NCBI GenBank assembly: GCA_963804995.1
Contig: CAWDSK010000003.1
Span: 1,600,001 to 1,664,000, forward strand
Reading direction: 5' to 3'
Origin: an uncultured Acidobacteriota bacterium
GTDB taxonomy: Bacteria > Acidobacteriota > Terriglobia > UBA7540
DNA length: 64,000 nt
Below the pieces are notes generated by a model. That model had not been told where the DNA came from. It did not search any database and was given only the letters and a program-made list of their open reading frames with translations. Positions 37,789-48,547 of the stretch are shown here, one piece after another. A program made the translations under genes and the position numbers. The stretch's first letter is position 1, and every line of letters begins with the position of its first letter.

Positions 37789-37979
37789 TTGAGAATGGAT
37801 GAGTGGAAATTGGTACCCGGCCTGGCGCATATCACAACCTGATTTGGGGCGAGTGGCCACTTTCATTGGCCCTACCCCAATTTGATGATTTACTGTCCAA
37901 ATCCGTGTCCGTGGGTTTCACCCACGGCTAATGATTTTGGACCTCTTCGAGGTCCGCAGATGACCGGACGGTTCCCTAA

Positions 37980-39155
37980 CTACTGCAAGGTGACGAGAGG
38001 TTTCTGGTTGGTAGATGGCTCAGGATTAATCTCAGGCGGTGCAGTATTCACACCCGCAGCCTTGTCGGCTACAAAGCGCTCAACCTCTTCCAGCAAGGCA
38101 GAAACGATCTCTTCTTCTTTCACGCGGCGGATAGCTTTGCCCTCCCGGTAAATCATGCCATTACCGCGCCCGGCGGCTACACCCAAGTCAGCCTCGCGCG
38201 CTTCCCCCGGACCGTTGACGGCGCATCCCATCACCGCCAGGCTGATGGGGGTTTTGATGTGGGCGGTAGCTTGCTCAATCTCTCCCGCAATCTTGAAGAG
38301 GTCAACTTCCAAGCGCCCGCAGGTTGGGCAGGCGATCACGACCGGCCCACGGCTGCGCAATTCGAGCGCTTTCAGCATCTCGTAGGCCACACGCACCTCC
38401 TCCACGGGGTCGGTGGCAAGGGAAACGCGAATCGTATCGCCAATGCCTTCCGCGAGGAGCATTCCCATGCCCACGCACGATTTCACCGTGCCGGAAAACT
38501 GGGTGCCGGCCTCGGTAATTCCCAAATGAAAAGGGTAGTCCACTTGCTTTGCGAGCAAGCGGTAGGCGGCGACGGTAAGCTTCACGTTGGAGGCCTTCAA
38601 GGAAATGATGGTGTCCTTGAACCCCAAATCCTCGAGGATCTGAATGTGATACAGGGCGCTCTCCGCCATCGCTTCCGGCGTGGGATAGCCGTATTTTTCG
38701 AGCAAGCGCCGCTCCAGCGACCCGGCGTTCACGCCGATGCGGATGGGCACCTTTTGTTCCTGGGCGCGCCGCACCACCATGCGGACTTTCTCCGCGTCTC
38801 CGATGTTGCCAGGATTGATGCGCAGCTTATCCATGCCTGCGTCCAGAGCCATGAGGGCAAACTTGTACTGGAAGTGAATATCCGAAACCAGAATGGAATC
38901 GGGGCAGCGCTTGCGGATTTCCGGGAGCGCTTGGGCGGCCTCCTGATCCGGAACTGCCAGGCGGACGATTTCGCAGCCGGCCGCCTCCATCTGCTGGATT
39001 TGCTCGACCGTCTTCTCCACCTCGCGCGTGTCGGTCTTGGTCATCGACTGCACGGTGATGGCAGAATCACCGCCCACCGTCAGACGACCGACCTTGACGG
39101 GACGAGTCTTCCGCCGGGGCGGGAAGAATTCCTTATCGCTGAAATTCACAGCCAC
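37980..39155 (-). CDS. ispG: (E)-4-hydroxy-3-methylbut-2-enyl-diphosphate synthase
   Basis: [51 protein letters not shown]. Confidence 0.97.
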   Translation of the reverse strand: MAVNFSDKEFFPPRRKTRPVKVGRLTVGGDSAITVQSMTKTDTREVEKTVEQIQQMEAAGCEIVRLAVPDQEAAQALPEIRKRCPDSILVSDIHFQYKFALMALDAGMDKLRINPGNIGDAEKVRMVVRRAQEQKVPIRIGVNAGSLERRLLEKYGYPTPEAMAESALYHIQILEDLGFKDTIISLKASNVKLTVAAYRLLAKQVDYPFHLGITEAGTQFSGTVKSCVGMGMLLAEGIGDTIRVSLATDPVEEVRVAYEMLKALELRSRGPVVIACPTCGRLEVDLFKIAGEIEQATAHIKTPISLAVMGCAVNGPGEAREADLGVAAGRGNGMIYREGKAIRRVKEEEIVSALLEEVERFVADKAAGVNTAPPEINPEPSTNQKPLVTLQ

Positions 39156-39260
39156 TCCTCATGATGACAGTTCCCCCGGCAGAATATGCTGCGGGCCGAG
39201 TGACTTTCACTCCTTCCGGAGAAAGCCTGTTGTGAATTCTATTCATGCCCTGGGAAATTA

Positions 39261-40583
39261 TTATGGTCTGAGCGTCTTAACTAAATCATTATACATTACG
39301 AAGGCCGCAAGCAAAAGCAGGAACACAATCCCCACCTGGACGAAGCGTTCCTTCACTTCCATCCTCAGGTCGCGGCGCAAGACCCCTTCCACCAGAAGCA
39401 ACAGGATGACCCCGCCGTCCAAAACGGGGATGGGCAGCAGGTTGAGAATACCTAGTTGCAGGCTGATGAACGAAACGAACATGATGAGCTCAGGCATTCC
39501 CGCGCGGTAAGCTTCCCCGGAAGCTTGCGCAATACCGATGGGACCGGACAGGGTGCGCGCCGACATCCGCCGCGTCACGATTTTGCCCAAAATATCGAAC
39601 AGAACGCGGCAATTGCGCGCGTTGTCTTCCACGGAGGCCACCAGCGCCTGACGCCAGGGCAATTGACGCACTACCATCGGATTAGGGAACGAGATTCCGA
39701 TACGCCAGCGCTTCTCACCCATGACCTCGGAATAGACGGGTTGCACTTGGACATGGAATTCCTGGCCGGCGCGGAGAATGTCGAGGTCGGCCGGCTTGCC
39801 CTTATCCGTCTGCAGCCGATAGGCCACGCAGCTCGCGCAGTAAACCTTCCGCCCATCGATTCCCACAATCTCATCGCCCGGCTTCAGACCTGCCTGGCTG
39901 GCGGGGAATCCGGGTTCAGCCGACTCAATGATGGCGGGCGAGTAGGGATACCAGCCGGCATTCCCGACGTGATCGGGACCCGTCGGCTTCACGGTGATGG
40001 AGGATTTGAGGACCTCCCCCTGGCGCTCGATTTCCAGCGGAATCGCCTCATCCACCGTGGTGAAAGTCCGGAGCGCCACATCCTCCCACTTGGGGTTACG
40101 CATATTGCCAAAACGCAAGATCACATCACCCGGCTGAATTCCAGCCTGAGCCGCAGATGAACCCGCATCCACATCGCCAATGCGCGCCGGCCTCTCCAGG
40201 TAGGAGGGTCGCTGGAAATGGAATTTGTAAAGTCCCGTGAGCAGGAGAACGGCCAGCAACACGTTCATCGCCGGCCCCATAATCACAATCACAAAGCGGT
40301 GCCAGCGTGGTTGGGAAAGGAACTCTCCCAGATCGCCTTGCCGGACTTCGGCCGGATCATCCCCCGCCATCTTGACGTAGCCCCCAAAGGGCAGAGCGCT
40401 GATACGGTAATCGGTATCGCCGCGCTTGAAGTGCAGGAGAGTCTTCCCAAATCCCAGGGAGAAAACCATGACCCGAACCCCAAAGGACTTGGCCGCCATG
40501 AAATGGCCCGCCTCGTGGATGAAGATCATGAAACCCAAGACCACCACCACGACAATCGCATCGGTCATGAAGCTTCCGAGCAT
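39261..40583 (-). CDS. rseP: RIP metalloprotease RseP
   Basis: HEAGH, PFGGYVKM, two PDZ domains, NLLPIPVLDGG. Confidence 0.95.
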   Translation of the reverse strand: MLGSFMTDAIVVVVVLGFMIFIHEAGHFMAAKSFGVRVMVFSLGFGKTLLHFKRGDTDYRISALPFGGYVKMAGDDPAEVRQGDLGEFLSQPRWHRFVIVIMGPAMNVLLAVLLLTGLYKFHFQRPSYLERPARIGDVDAGSSAAQAGIQPGDVILRFGNMRNPKWEDVALRTFTTVDEAIPLEIERQGEVLKSSITVKPTGPDHVGNAGWYPYSPAIIESAEPGFPASQAGLKPGDEIVGIDGRKVYCASCVAYRLQTDKGKPADLDILRAGQEFHVQVQPVYSEVMGEKRWRIGISFPNPMVVRQLPWRQALVASVEDNARNCRVLFDILGKIVTRRMSARTLSGPIGIAQASGEAYRAGMPELIMFVSFISLQLGILNLLPIPVLDGGVILLLLVEGVLRRDLRMEVKERFVQVGIVFLLLLAAFVMYNDLVKTLRP

Positions 40584-40599
40584 AGCTGAGCACTTCTCC

Positions 40600-41784
40600 C
40601 TATCTAGACACGGCTTGCACCACTTCCGCAGCGCGGCGCCGGGCTTCCTTGTCGCCTTCCAAAACGTCTTCCAAAGAATGGGGCGGCTGACATGACGACA
40701 TTTGGCGCATAACCTCTTCGATCAACCGGGGAATCGCTGAAAATCTGAGCCGACGGTTCAGAAAGGCTTCCACCGCGACCTCGTCGGCAGCGTTCAGGAC
40801 GCATGGCATGATGCCCCCCCGCCGGAGCGCTTCGCGAGCCAAACCGAGGCTCGGGAACCGATCCGTGTCCGGCGGGCGAAAATTCAGCCGGCGCGCCGAG
40901 ATTAGATCTAGCCCTGCGCAGTCTCCACTCATGTCCAGCCGGTCGGGATACGTCAGCGCATATTGGATCGGGAGGCGCATATCCGGAACCGACATCTGGG
41001 CCATCACGGAGCCATCACGGAATTCTACCATGGAATGGATGATGGATTCCGGGTGGATCACTACCTCAATCTGTTCGGGCGCTACCCCAAAAAGCCAACG
41101 CGCCTCGATGACCTCTAGGCCTTTATTCATCAACGTCGCGGAGTCGATGGTGATTCGTCCGCCCATCCGCCACACGGGGTGCTTCAGCGCTTGGTCCGGC
41201 GTAATGGAATCAAAAAGCCTCCGCGGGGTCTTGAGGAAAGGTCCCCCAGAACCCGTCAAAACCACGCGCTTGATCTCCCGACGCTGTCCGGAGCGCAAAC
41301 ATTGATGCACGGCGCAATGCTCACTATCAATGGGAAGCACCTCTGTTCCCTGCTCTGCTGCGGCGCGCATCACCAGTTCGCCGGCCGCTACCAAGGTTTC
41401 CTTGTTGGCTAAGCCCAGGCGTTTGCCGGCCCGGACCGCCTGATACGTGGCTACCAACCCCGTCGTTCCGTGCGAGGCTGAGACGACGAAATTCACAGAA
41501 TCGTGCGTCGCGGCTTCTACCTGACCCTCGACACCAACAGTAATCTTTACCCGCCGGGTGTATCCACGCCGCTCCAGGCGATTGCGCAGGGGTTCCTTGA
41601 ATTCGGACTGGCTCACCGCGACGATTTTAGGATGATGCTCCACCACCTGCGCGGCGAGCACATCCAGATTTTTCCCCGCTGAGAGCGCCACCACGTGGAA
41701 GTGGTCGGGCAAACTTTCCACCACGCGCAGGCAGTTCTGCCCGATGGAACCGGTGGAGCCGAGAATACATAAACCCTGGGTCAT
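40600..41784 (-). CDS. dxr: 1-deoxy-D-xylulose-5-phosphate reductoisomerase
   Basis: ILGSTGSIG, LANKE, PIDSEH, HPVWRMG, DSATLMNKGLE, NAADE. Confidence 0.97.
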   Translation of the reverse strand: MTQGLCILGSTGSIGQNCLRVVESLPDHFHVVALSAGKNLDVLAAQVVEHHPKIVAVSQSEFKEPLRNRLERRGYTRRVKITVGVEGQVEAATHDSVNFVVSASHGTTGLVATYQAVRAGKRLGLANKETLVAAGELVMRAAAEQGTEVLPIDSEHCAVHQCLRSGQRREIKRVVLTGSGGPFLKTPRRLFDSITPDQALKHPVWRMGGRITIDSATLMNKGLEVIEARWLFGVAPEQIEVVIHPESIIHSMVEFRDGSVMAQMSVPDMRLPIQYALTYPDRLDMSGDCAGLDLISARRLNFRPPDTDRFPSLGLAREALRRGGIMPCVLNAADEVAVEAFLNRRLRFSAIPRLIEEVMRQMSSCQPPHSLEDVLEGDKEARRRAAEVVQAVSR

Positions 41785-42656
41785 GAGAAACATCCTAGCA
41801 CTAACAAGGCGAGCCAAAGCGCCGGGGCCCCAAAGAGCAGACTATCAATGCGGTCGAGAAATCCCCCGTGGCCCGGCAGAAGGGTGCCGGAATCCTTTTG
41901 ATTCGCCCCCCGTTTGATGGCGGACTCCACCAAGTCTCCCACCTGGCCCGCCAACGCAATCCAGGCTGCAAGCAGAATAACCACTTTTACGTTGGCTGTC
42001 GCCAAGAACCAATGCGCAAATAACCAGGCGGCGAGAAGGCTACCGGCCAAACCCGCCAGCGCGCCCTCCCAGGTTTTGCGGGGAGAAATACGGGCGAAGA
42101 ACGGTGTGCGGCCCATCGAGCGGCCTATCAGATACGCACAGATGTCGCCTGCCCAAATCACCAGGAACAATAACATGACCAACACGGAGCCGAGGCTCAG
42201 CCCCATCATTTGGATCGGTTCCTTCGAAAGCATCCCGAGATTTCCGAATGAACTATACAAGGCAAAGCGGATTGGCACCAGGCACGAGAGAGCGAAACCG
42301 ATGTACAAAATCCCGAAAATGGTTACCGAAATAGCCGCGAGATAGTCTTTTAAGTCCATGCTCCGCCTCAGAGCCAAGCTGGGAATGAGCAGCAGGAACA
42401 CCCCGAGCATGGGTGCCACCCCAAAGTGGTTAACTTGCCACGGCAAAGCCTGCACCACGCACAGCGCTGCTCCTGCCCCATAGCCGATCCAGGGAAATAC
42501 CTTATAGCCCATGGCGCGGCACAACGCGAAGTACTCGCGCAGGGCGAGCAGTACGCCGGCTACGACTGCGAGCAGGAAGAGCCATTTCGGGGACCACCCA
42601 ATCAGGTATACGACGGGGGGAATCAGCAAAACAGCGGTTAGAGTGCGTTTCAGCAT
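41781..42656 (-). CDS. cdsA: Phosphatidate cytidylyltransferase
   Basis: ISPRKTWEG, GDLVESAIKR..KDSG.LLPGHGG.LDRIDS. Confidence 0.95.
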   Translation of the reverse strand: MLKRTLTAVLLIPPVVYLIGWSPKWLFLLAVVAGVLLALREYFALCRAMGYKVFPWIGYGAGAALCVVQALPWQVNHFGVAPMLGVFLLLIPSLALRRSMDLKDYLAAISVTIFGILYIGFALSCLVPIRFALYSSFGNLGMLSKEPIQMMGLSLGSVLVMLLFLVIWAGDICAYLIGRSMGRTPFFARISPRKTWEGALAGLAGSLLAAWLFAHWFLATANVKVVILLAAWIALAGQVGDLVESAIKRGANQKDSGTLLPGHGGFLDRIDSLLFGAPALWLALLVLGCFS

Positions 42657-42672
42657 GTGCAGAGAAGAGGGC

Positions 42673-42825
42673 GAAAATCGAAACTCGAAATTCGAAACTC
42701 GTCGCGATTTTGGGTTCGGGATTTCCTCATTCGGTGGTCAGGCGTTCGATGCGGTTGGTCACTGGGTGACGAAACTTGCAAATCGAATCTTTCCACGATT
42801 TTCGAGTTTCGAATTTCGAGTTTCG
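42673..42825. repeat. Inverted heptamer tandem repeats (tcgaaac/tcgaaat) between uppS and cdsA
   Basis: aatcgaaactcgaaattcgaaactcg ... cgagtttcgaatttcgagtttcg. Confidence 0.7.
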
Positions 42826-42835
42826 GCCTTTCCAG

Positions 42836-43591
42836 TCAGCTCATCCCCAACCCGCCGTAACGACGCTCCCGCTTTTGGTAATCGATGATGGCTTGAAACA
42901 AATCCATTTGGGTGAAGTCCGGCCAAAGGGTTTCCGTTACCCAGAGCTCAGCATAGGCGATTTGCCAGAGCAGAAAATTACTGAGGCGCAATTCCCCGCT
43001 GGTTCGAATCAAGAGATCCGGGTCGGGCAGATCACGCGTATAAAGATGCGCGTTCAGCATGGCTTCGCTGACCGTTATGGCTCCATTCCGCTGGGAGTCC
43101 GCCAACAACTCGCACACGGCATCCACCAGCTCGGCCCGCGCCCCGTAGTTCAACGCCAAGGTCAGGCGCATACCTTTATTCTGCCGGGTCCGATCCAGAG
43201 CGTTTTGCAAATCTTGCAAGACGGGCTTCGGCAATTCCTGGGTTCGGCCAATGACCCCCAGCCGGATGTTCTGCCGATTCAATTCACCGATTTCCTTCTT
43301 CAGGTATTCCCGCAGCAAACTCATCAAGAGCTTGATTTCCGTGTGCGGCCGCTTCCAATTCTCGACGGAGAAAGCATACAGGGTGAGATACGGGACACCC
43401 AGGCGCGCACACGCCTCGACGGCCTGCCGCACGGCGCTGATTCCGGCGCGGTGGCCGGCGATCCGGGGCAAACGTCGGCGCTTGGCCCACCGCCCGTTTC
43501 CATCCATAATCACCGCGATGTGCCGGGGCAAGCGGTCTAGGTCGACCTGCGCCAGGAGATCTGCTTCGGCAAGTTCCTTCTTCACGCCCAC
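42836..43591 (-). CDS. uppS: Undecaprenyl diphosphate synthase
   Basis: HIAVIMDGNGRWA, YAFSVENWKR, ALNYG, DLLIRTSGE.RLSNFLLWQ; GTG start approximate. Confidence 0.95.
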   Translation of the reverse strand: MGVKKELAEADLLAQVDLDRLPRHIAVIMDGNGRWAKRRRLPRIAGHRAGISAVRQAVEACARLGVPYLTLYAFSVENWKRPHTEIKLLMSLLREYLKKEIGELNRQNIRLGVIGRTQELPKPVLQDLQNALDRTRQNKGMRLTLALNYGARAELVDAVCELLADSQRNGAITVSEAMLNAHLYTRDLPDPDLLIRTSGELRLSNFLLWQIAYAELWVTETLWPDFTQMDLFQAIIDYQKRERRYGGLGMS

Positions 43592-43703
43592 GGGGACCTT
43601 TTGATTTCTCCAGTAAACAGAAAAGTTAACATACCGCTCTATTAACCGCAAGCAGGCTGCGGGTGTGGAGAATCTTGCCGTTCCGTTGCACAATCGCGCG
43701 GGT

Positions 43704-44975
43704 TCAGGATCCGGCCGGGAGCTGGCTGGGAAAGAAAGAGGTTACGACGAGCATCAAGGTGAGGACGATCATAACGATACAGGTTATCCAAGCGATGACA
43801 TTGAAAGCCCTGCTGTTGCGGTAATTCCCCATGATGTCTTCGCGGTTCGTCAACTGCAACATGAAGATCACCACGAAAGGCAGCAGGATACCGTTGGCCA
43901 CTTGCGAAAGAAGGATGATGGGAACTTGCTGCGCCTCACTGAGCAAGACTACCGCGAGCATGCCCATGAAAATCAAACTGGAATAGAGCCAGTAGAAGGC
44001 CGGCGCTTCTTTGTACCGCTTGTTGATTCCAGATTCCAGCCCCAACCCTTCGCACACGTAATAGGCCGTGGCTAGTGGCAGGATGCAGGCCGAGAATAAT
44101 GAAGCATTGCAAAGCCCCACAGCGAACAAAGCGCTGGCGGCGTGGCCGGCCAGGGGCCGCAAGGCCATGGCCGCATCGCCGGCATCTTTGATGTCCCGGT
44201 GTCCCGTCATGTAGATGGTGGCGGCGCAAGCAACAATAATGAAGAAGGCCACCACGTCCGTCATGATGCAGCCCACAATAACGTCCAGGCGGGAATAAAT
44301 GTAATCCCTAAGTTTCACACCTTTTTCCACCACCGCGGATTGCAAGTAAAACTGCATCCAGGGAGCAATGGTCGTACCCACCAACCCGATGACCATGTAG
44401 AGATAACCCGAGCTGAATTGGAAAGAGGGTTTCACCGTACTCACCAGCGCCCCCGTCCAGTCCGGACGAGCGAGAAAGCACGAGATGGGGTAAGCAAGGT
44501 AGATCACGCAGGCAGCCAGGAAGACTTTCTCCACATGGTGATAAGTTCCCTTGACCACCAGAAGCCAGACGAAGATCGCCCCCAAAGGCACGGCCACGAA
44601 ACGGCTCATGCCGAACACTGACATTCCGGAAGCCAAACCGGCAAACTCAGACACCGTATTCCCCAGGTCCGTGATGATCAGCAGGACCATCAGAATGAAA
44701 GTGGTCCGGAAGCCATATTCCTCCCGGATCAGGTCCGCCAGGCCTTTGCCGGTGACCACGCCCATGCGGCTCACCATCTCCTGCACGATGATCAGGGCCA
44801 CCGTGATCGGAATCAGCGTCCAGAGAAGCGAGAATCCGTATTTTGCGCCTGCGACCGAGTAGGTGTAGATGCCGCCCGCGTCGTTATCGACATTAGCCGT
44901 GATGATGCCGGGGCCGAGAACGGCAACGAAGATCAGCACGCGCGTCCAGAAATGACGAAAATTTTTGCGGTACAA
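43704..44975 (-). CDS. NRAMP-family divalent metal transporter (magnesium-type subgroup likely)
   Basis: GPGIITANVDNDAGG, QEM.SRMG.VTGKG, GTTIAPWMQF; directly downstream of the MgtE-N/CBS gene. Confidence 0.9.
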   Translation of the reverse strand: MYRKNFRHFWTRVLIFVAVLGPGIITANVDNDAGGIYTYSVAGAKYGFSLLWTLIPITVALIIVQEMVSRMGVVTGKGLADLIREEYGFRTTFILMVLLIITDLGNTVSEFAGLASGMSVFGMSRFVAVPLGAIFVWLLVVKGTYHHVEKVFLAACVIYLAYPISCFLARPDWTGALVSTVKPSFQFSSGYLYMVIGLVGTTIAPWMQFYLQSAVVEKGVKLRDYIYSRLDVIVGCIMTDVVAFFIIVACAATIYMTGHRDIKDAGDAAMALRPLAGHAASALFAVGLCNASLFSACILPLATAYYVCEGLGLESGINKRYKEAPAFYWLYSSLIFMGMLAVVLLSEAQQVPIILLSQVANGILLPFVVIFMLQLTNREDIMGNYRNSRAFNVIAWITCIVMIVLTLMLVVTSFFPSQLPAGS

Positions 44976-44997
44976 TGCGATAGACTCCCTGGCAGAG

Positions 44998-46243
44998 TTA
45001 CTTCTTTTTGTTGATCACCAGTTCCAGCACGTTGTCAGCCGTGACGATGCCCAGCAAGTGGCCCCCTTCATCCAAGACCGGGAGGGACATGAGGTTATAT
45101 TTGTGGAAGAGATCCACAACCGATCTTGCATCCGCTTGCGCCTGTACGGAGATGAGAGGATCAGCCGAAAGGTCTACGAGGGGCGAACTGGCCTCTGACA
45201 GGGCAATCCGCGCCACGGGCACCGCCCCCGTCAGGACCACGTCCTTGTTAATAAGATAGATAACGTGAACCGACTCGATCGGCCCCTCGAAATTTTTCAA
45301 GGCTTCAATGGCTCCGGCCACGGTGGCGGAATCATGCACCACCACATACTCAGTGGTCATGATGGCCCCCGCGGTATTTTCCTCGAATCCCAGCAGCTCC
45401 CGCACTTCCTTGGCTTCTTCCTTTTCCATATCGGCCAGCAGTTCTGCTGAGGTCTCCGGCGAAAGCTCGTTCAAGACGTTCCGCAGCTTCATCGGGTGGC
45501 ATCTCCTCCACAATGTCAGCCGCTTTGCCAGGCGCGATACTCTCCAGCAAATCCGCCTGCATTTTCGTGGGAATTTCAGAGAGCGCCTGGGCTGCGGTCT
45601 CGTCGTCCAAGGATTCAATTAACGCCTTCTGCTCGTTATGGCTCAAGTCTTCGAGAATGTCGGCGATATCGGCGGGGTGGAGTTCCGCCAACCGGTCATA
45701 GGAGATGCGCAGCTTCACCCGGCGCGCTGGATCAGATTCAATCAGGTTTACAAACTCCCAGAGGATTGTCCGGGTAGGCAGGTAATTGGTGACCAGCCGG
45801 ATGTTGTGCTTGGCCATGGTCCCCTGGAGCAGCCGCCGCACCGCCGCTGCCAGGCCCACATTGACGTTGATGATACGAAGTTCGGTGTGCCCGTCTGTGG
45901 GCTGGATGTCGAAGTCCACGTCATTCACCCGCACCACCTTACGATTGTTGACATCAATGATCTGCTGGTCCAGTACATCCTTCTTAATATGAATCATCCC
46001 CTCATCGGGCGCGTAACAACGCACCTCTTCGCGCGGCACACTGGTTTGTCCGGCGCGCACCGAGATGGATTGCATCTGCTCGTGCGTGATGCACTGGATC
46101 TTCTTCTTCGGTGTCCGGACCAGATACGCCGACACTCGCGTGGGGTTCTGGCTGGGGTCCACGCACATATCCTCCAGGTGCCCCAGAAACTCACCTTTCA
46201 CCCCGTACATGGGAAGATTCTGTAGTTCGGTGAAGTAGATCAT
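44998..46243 (-). CDS. Soluble MgtE N-domain + CBS-pair protein with PRC-barrel-like N-terminus (+1 frameshift near 45480)
   Basis: DVLDQQIIDVNNRKVVRVNDV, LHPADIADILEDL, MPPDEAA(D), TAGAIMTTEY, GIVTADNVL; no TM domain. Confidence 0.85.
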
Positions 46244-46308
46244 CGCAATCCTCTTTGGCAACGAGTCTGCCCTATCCTTGGTTCAACCCTTAAGACGCCT
46301 GCAAGTCC

Positions 46309-46362
46309 TTGTAGCGCCGACCTTGAGGTCGGCACGTGTCCCGACAGGTCGGGACGCTACAA
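46309..46362. repeat. GTAG-type REP doublet in the leader of the MgtE-N gene
   Basis: ttgtagcgccgacc..ggtcggc ... gtcccgac..gtcgggacgctacaa. Confidence 0.65.
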
Positions 46363-46371
46363 CCTCAGTCC

Positions 46372-46482
46372 CGGAAGCCATACACACCAAGGTTTGAGCC
46401 GTAATGCACTTGTGTCATGCACCCGTTGGCCCGTTCCCGGGTTTCCCCGCTTGGGTTTGCGTAGTACCCTCGCCTAACGAAG
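46372..46482 (-). promoter_or_regulatory. Compact M-box (ykoK)-like leader RNA
   Basis: cttcgttaggcgagggt start, accc..gccaacgggt, tgcat-gacacaa-gtgca hairpin, gctcaaacctt; upstream of Mg transporter-related genes. Confidence 0.55.
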
Positions 46483-46549
46483 TAAATTTTCCTAAATGTG
46501 CTCGTGCTGCTAGCTCTCAGGCTTAAACCACCATGAGCCCTTTCACTAC

Positions 46550-46577
46550 CTAATACGGCCTATTAATACCTTGTCAA
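46550..46577 (-). promoter_or_regulatory. Sigma70-type promoter
   Basis: TTGACA-16 nt-TATTAG on the minus strand. Confidence 0.5.
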
Positions 46578-46679
46578 GAAAAAACCGCATTCCATGCGCC
46601 AAAAACTGCCATGCGAGTTTTCCTCATTCTGTTCCAAACTTCCTGGGCCCTAAAACTCAAAGTGCACCCCCAGGGAACC

Positions 46680-48038
46680 TCAAAACTCGGTGTGCATCCG
46701 CAGGGCGAAGATATTGACCGGTCCGCGGGCGTGGTTATATGCCGGGTCTTGCGCGAATTGATAATCCGGCGTCAACTGGAAGTGTTTCGCGATTCTCCAG
46801 TTGTAATAAGCTTCGACGAGGCGCTCCGCACGGTAGTCGAGGGCTCCGTCGCCGACTAGAATTCCCAGACCACCCGCCGCAAGGTACTGCCGATGGACGG
46901 CGCTGATGCCGTTGACGACCACGCCGAGCCCTACCGTGTCCTGCGGGCGGCGCCACCGCGCCCCTTTCAGGCTCAGCCCCGCCGTGGCGGTGCGATCCAC
47001 GTCGGTAAATTCATACGTCTGGTTTTTGCCATCGCTCCAACCCAGGCGCGCGAAGACCCCCAGGTTCTTGCGAATTTCCTGCTCCAGATTGATACCAAAG
47101 CCATACTTGTATCGGTACGCCGCAGTGAACAGGATATACTCGCCCAGACTGGGATTATTGAGGGTGTCCTGGTAGCTTCCCATGTGCGCCCGCTGGTCGT
47201 AGGCGAGCAGGCGTATAGCCCCCGCATGTCCTTTCGGCGCAAATCGCCTTTCGACCTCCGCTACCGCGGACCAGGCATGGGCCAGGTTCCAGTCCAGTCG
47301 AATTCCGTTCGCGACCTTCGACACCTGAAAAATACCCAGCCGCCCGGTCCAGGCGCGGGTATTCAATTCGGCTGCGGCGCCATTCGTGAATCCCAGCGTG
47401 TCGGCCGGATAGTCCCATGTGACATTGGCCACCAAGGCCCAATTCATGAACTGGGATCGGCCGTCGTTGGCGTAAGCGTTGGTGTCAAAGATGTCTTTGG
47501 CGCTGAGGTGGCCCGCCGTAAACGTCAGGTTCCGAACGTCCTTTTTCCCGCCCAATTCGAACGGCGCGTCATCGGCAGCTTCCTTTTCCCCACCGAAGCC
47601 GATCCTCTCGCGAATAAAAGCGCGGCAGAGGTAGGCATCCGGATAAGTCTTCCCGACCCGATACGCCTCGCCATTCGGAAACCCCGCCAGGCCGAGCGTG
47701 TTGCTCAGGCCGTATCCTTGCCACATGAGGGCGTCCGCGAAAAATTCTCCCCCGCGCCACAACCGTACGCCACCTGTCACATCCACGGACACAGTGTCTC
47801 TAATCTGAGCACCAGGGGTAAGACTGTTCGTGCCAGTATATTCAGCAGGGAATGAAGGGTGGCCTTGACCGACCACCGTGGACTGGAAGTGAATGTTCCA
47901 AGGCTGCGGATCCGACGGCGTGTTCGGGTCGGCGTCCTGACCATACAAACCTCGGCAGGATATACCGAGAGCCAAGAGAACCGCCCACCCGAGCCTCCGA
48001 TGTTGAAGCCTTGCGCTCAGACTTCCGAATCCCATCAT
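46680..48038 (-). CDS. OprB-family porin (similar in type to high-affinity Mn2+ porins)
   Basis: GHPSFPAEY.G.NSL, GLAGFPNGEA, DIFD.N.YAND.R.QFMNW, WDYPADT.G, YLAAGGLG..GDG.L.Y, C-terminal F; start uncertain because the frame stays open to 48389. Confidence 0.85.
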   Translation of the reverse strand: MMGFGSLSARLQHRRLGWAVLLALGISCRGLYGQDADPNTPSDPQPWNIHFQSTVVGQGHPSFPAEYTGTNSLTPGAQIRDTVSVDVTGGVRLWRGGEFFADALMWQGYGLSNTLGLAGFPNGEAYRVGKTYPDAYLCRAFIRERIGFGGEKEAADDAPFELGGKKDVRNLTFTAGHLSAKDIFDTNAYANDGRSQFMNWALVANVTWDYPADTLGFTNGAAAELNTRAWTGRLGIFQVSKVANGIRLDWNLAHAWSAVAEVERRFAPKGHAGAIRLLAYDQRAHMGSYQDTLNNPSLGEYILFTAAYRYKYGFGINLEQEIRKNLGVFARLGWSDGKNQTYEFTDVDRTATAGLSLKGARWRRPQDTVGLGVVVNGISAVHRQYLAAGGLGILVGDGALDYRAERLVEAYYNWRIAKHFQLTPDYQFAQDPAYNHARGPVNIFALRMHTEF

Positions 48039-48547
48039 TGCTTGTCGCAAAAGTGACAAAGTGAGATCAAAAACGCGGCGTGCCCCAAGATCAATCGGCT
48101 TGAGAACGGCGAGCACGCCCATCAGGATATCACGGCGCCCACCGGGTGGTCCTCCTGGACGGCACGGTGGGAGGGCAATATCCTCCGACCGCGGCAGGCA
48201 AACTATGTGAGGCACGCCGGAGGACGTTCTCCAGTTTGCTACGAGCCGGTTTTCGCGATCAACAATCCATTTCATTTCTAGCATTTTCTCCTCCGCGTGC
48301 GTTGATTTTGTTTCGCTCATGTTAAGCGCTGGTAATATGCGGTGTTCCCAATCACGACCCACTTTCCCTTGACAGACAATTAAACCCACCCCAACCCCGG
48401 GGTCGATCTAAAACGTCGCTCATCAACCTTTCTGGAGGAAGGCCTGCGGCTCAGGAGGGAACAAATATGCCCTCCCCGCAAACAAGGAAGGGCTAGATCC
48501 GAGGCCGACTACGACAACCGCAAAACGGACGCCGTGAACCGGAATTC

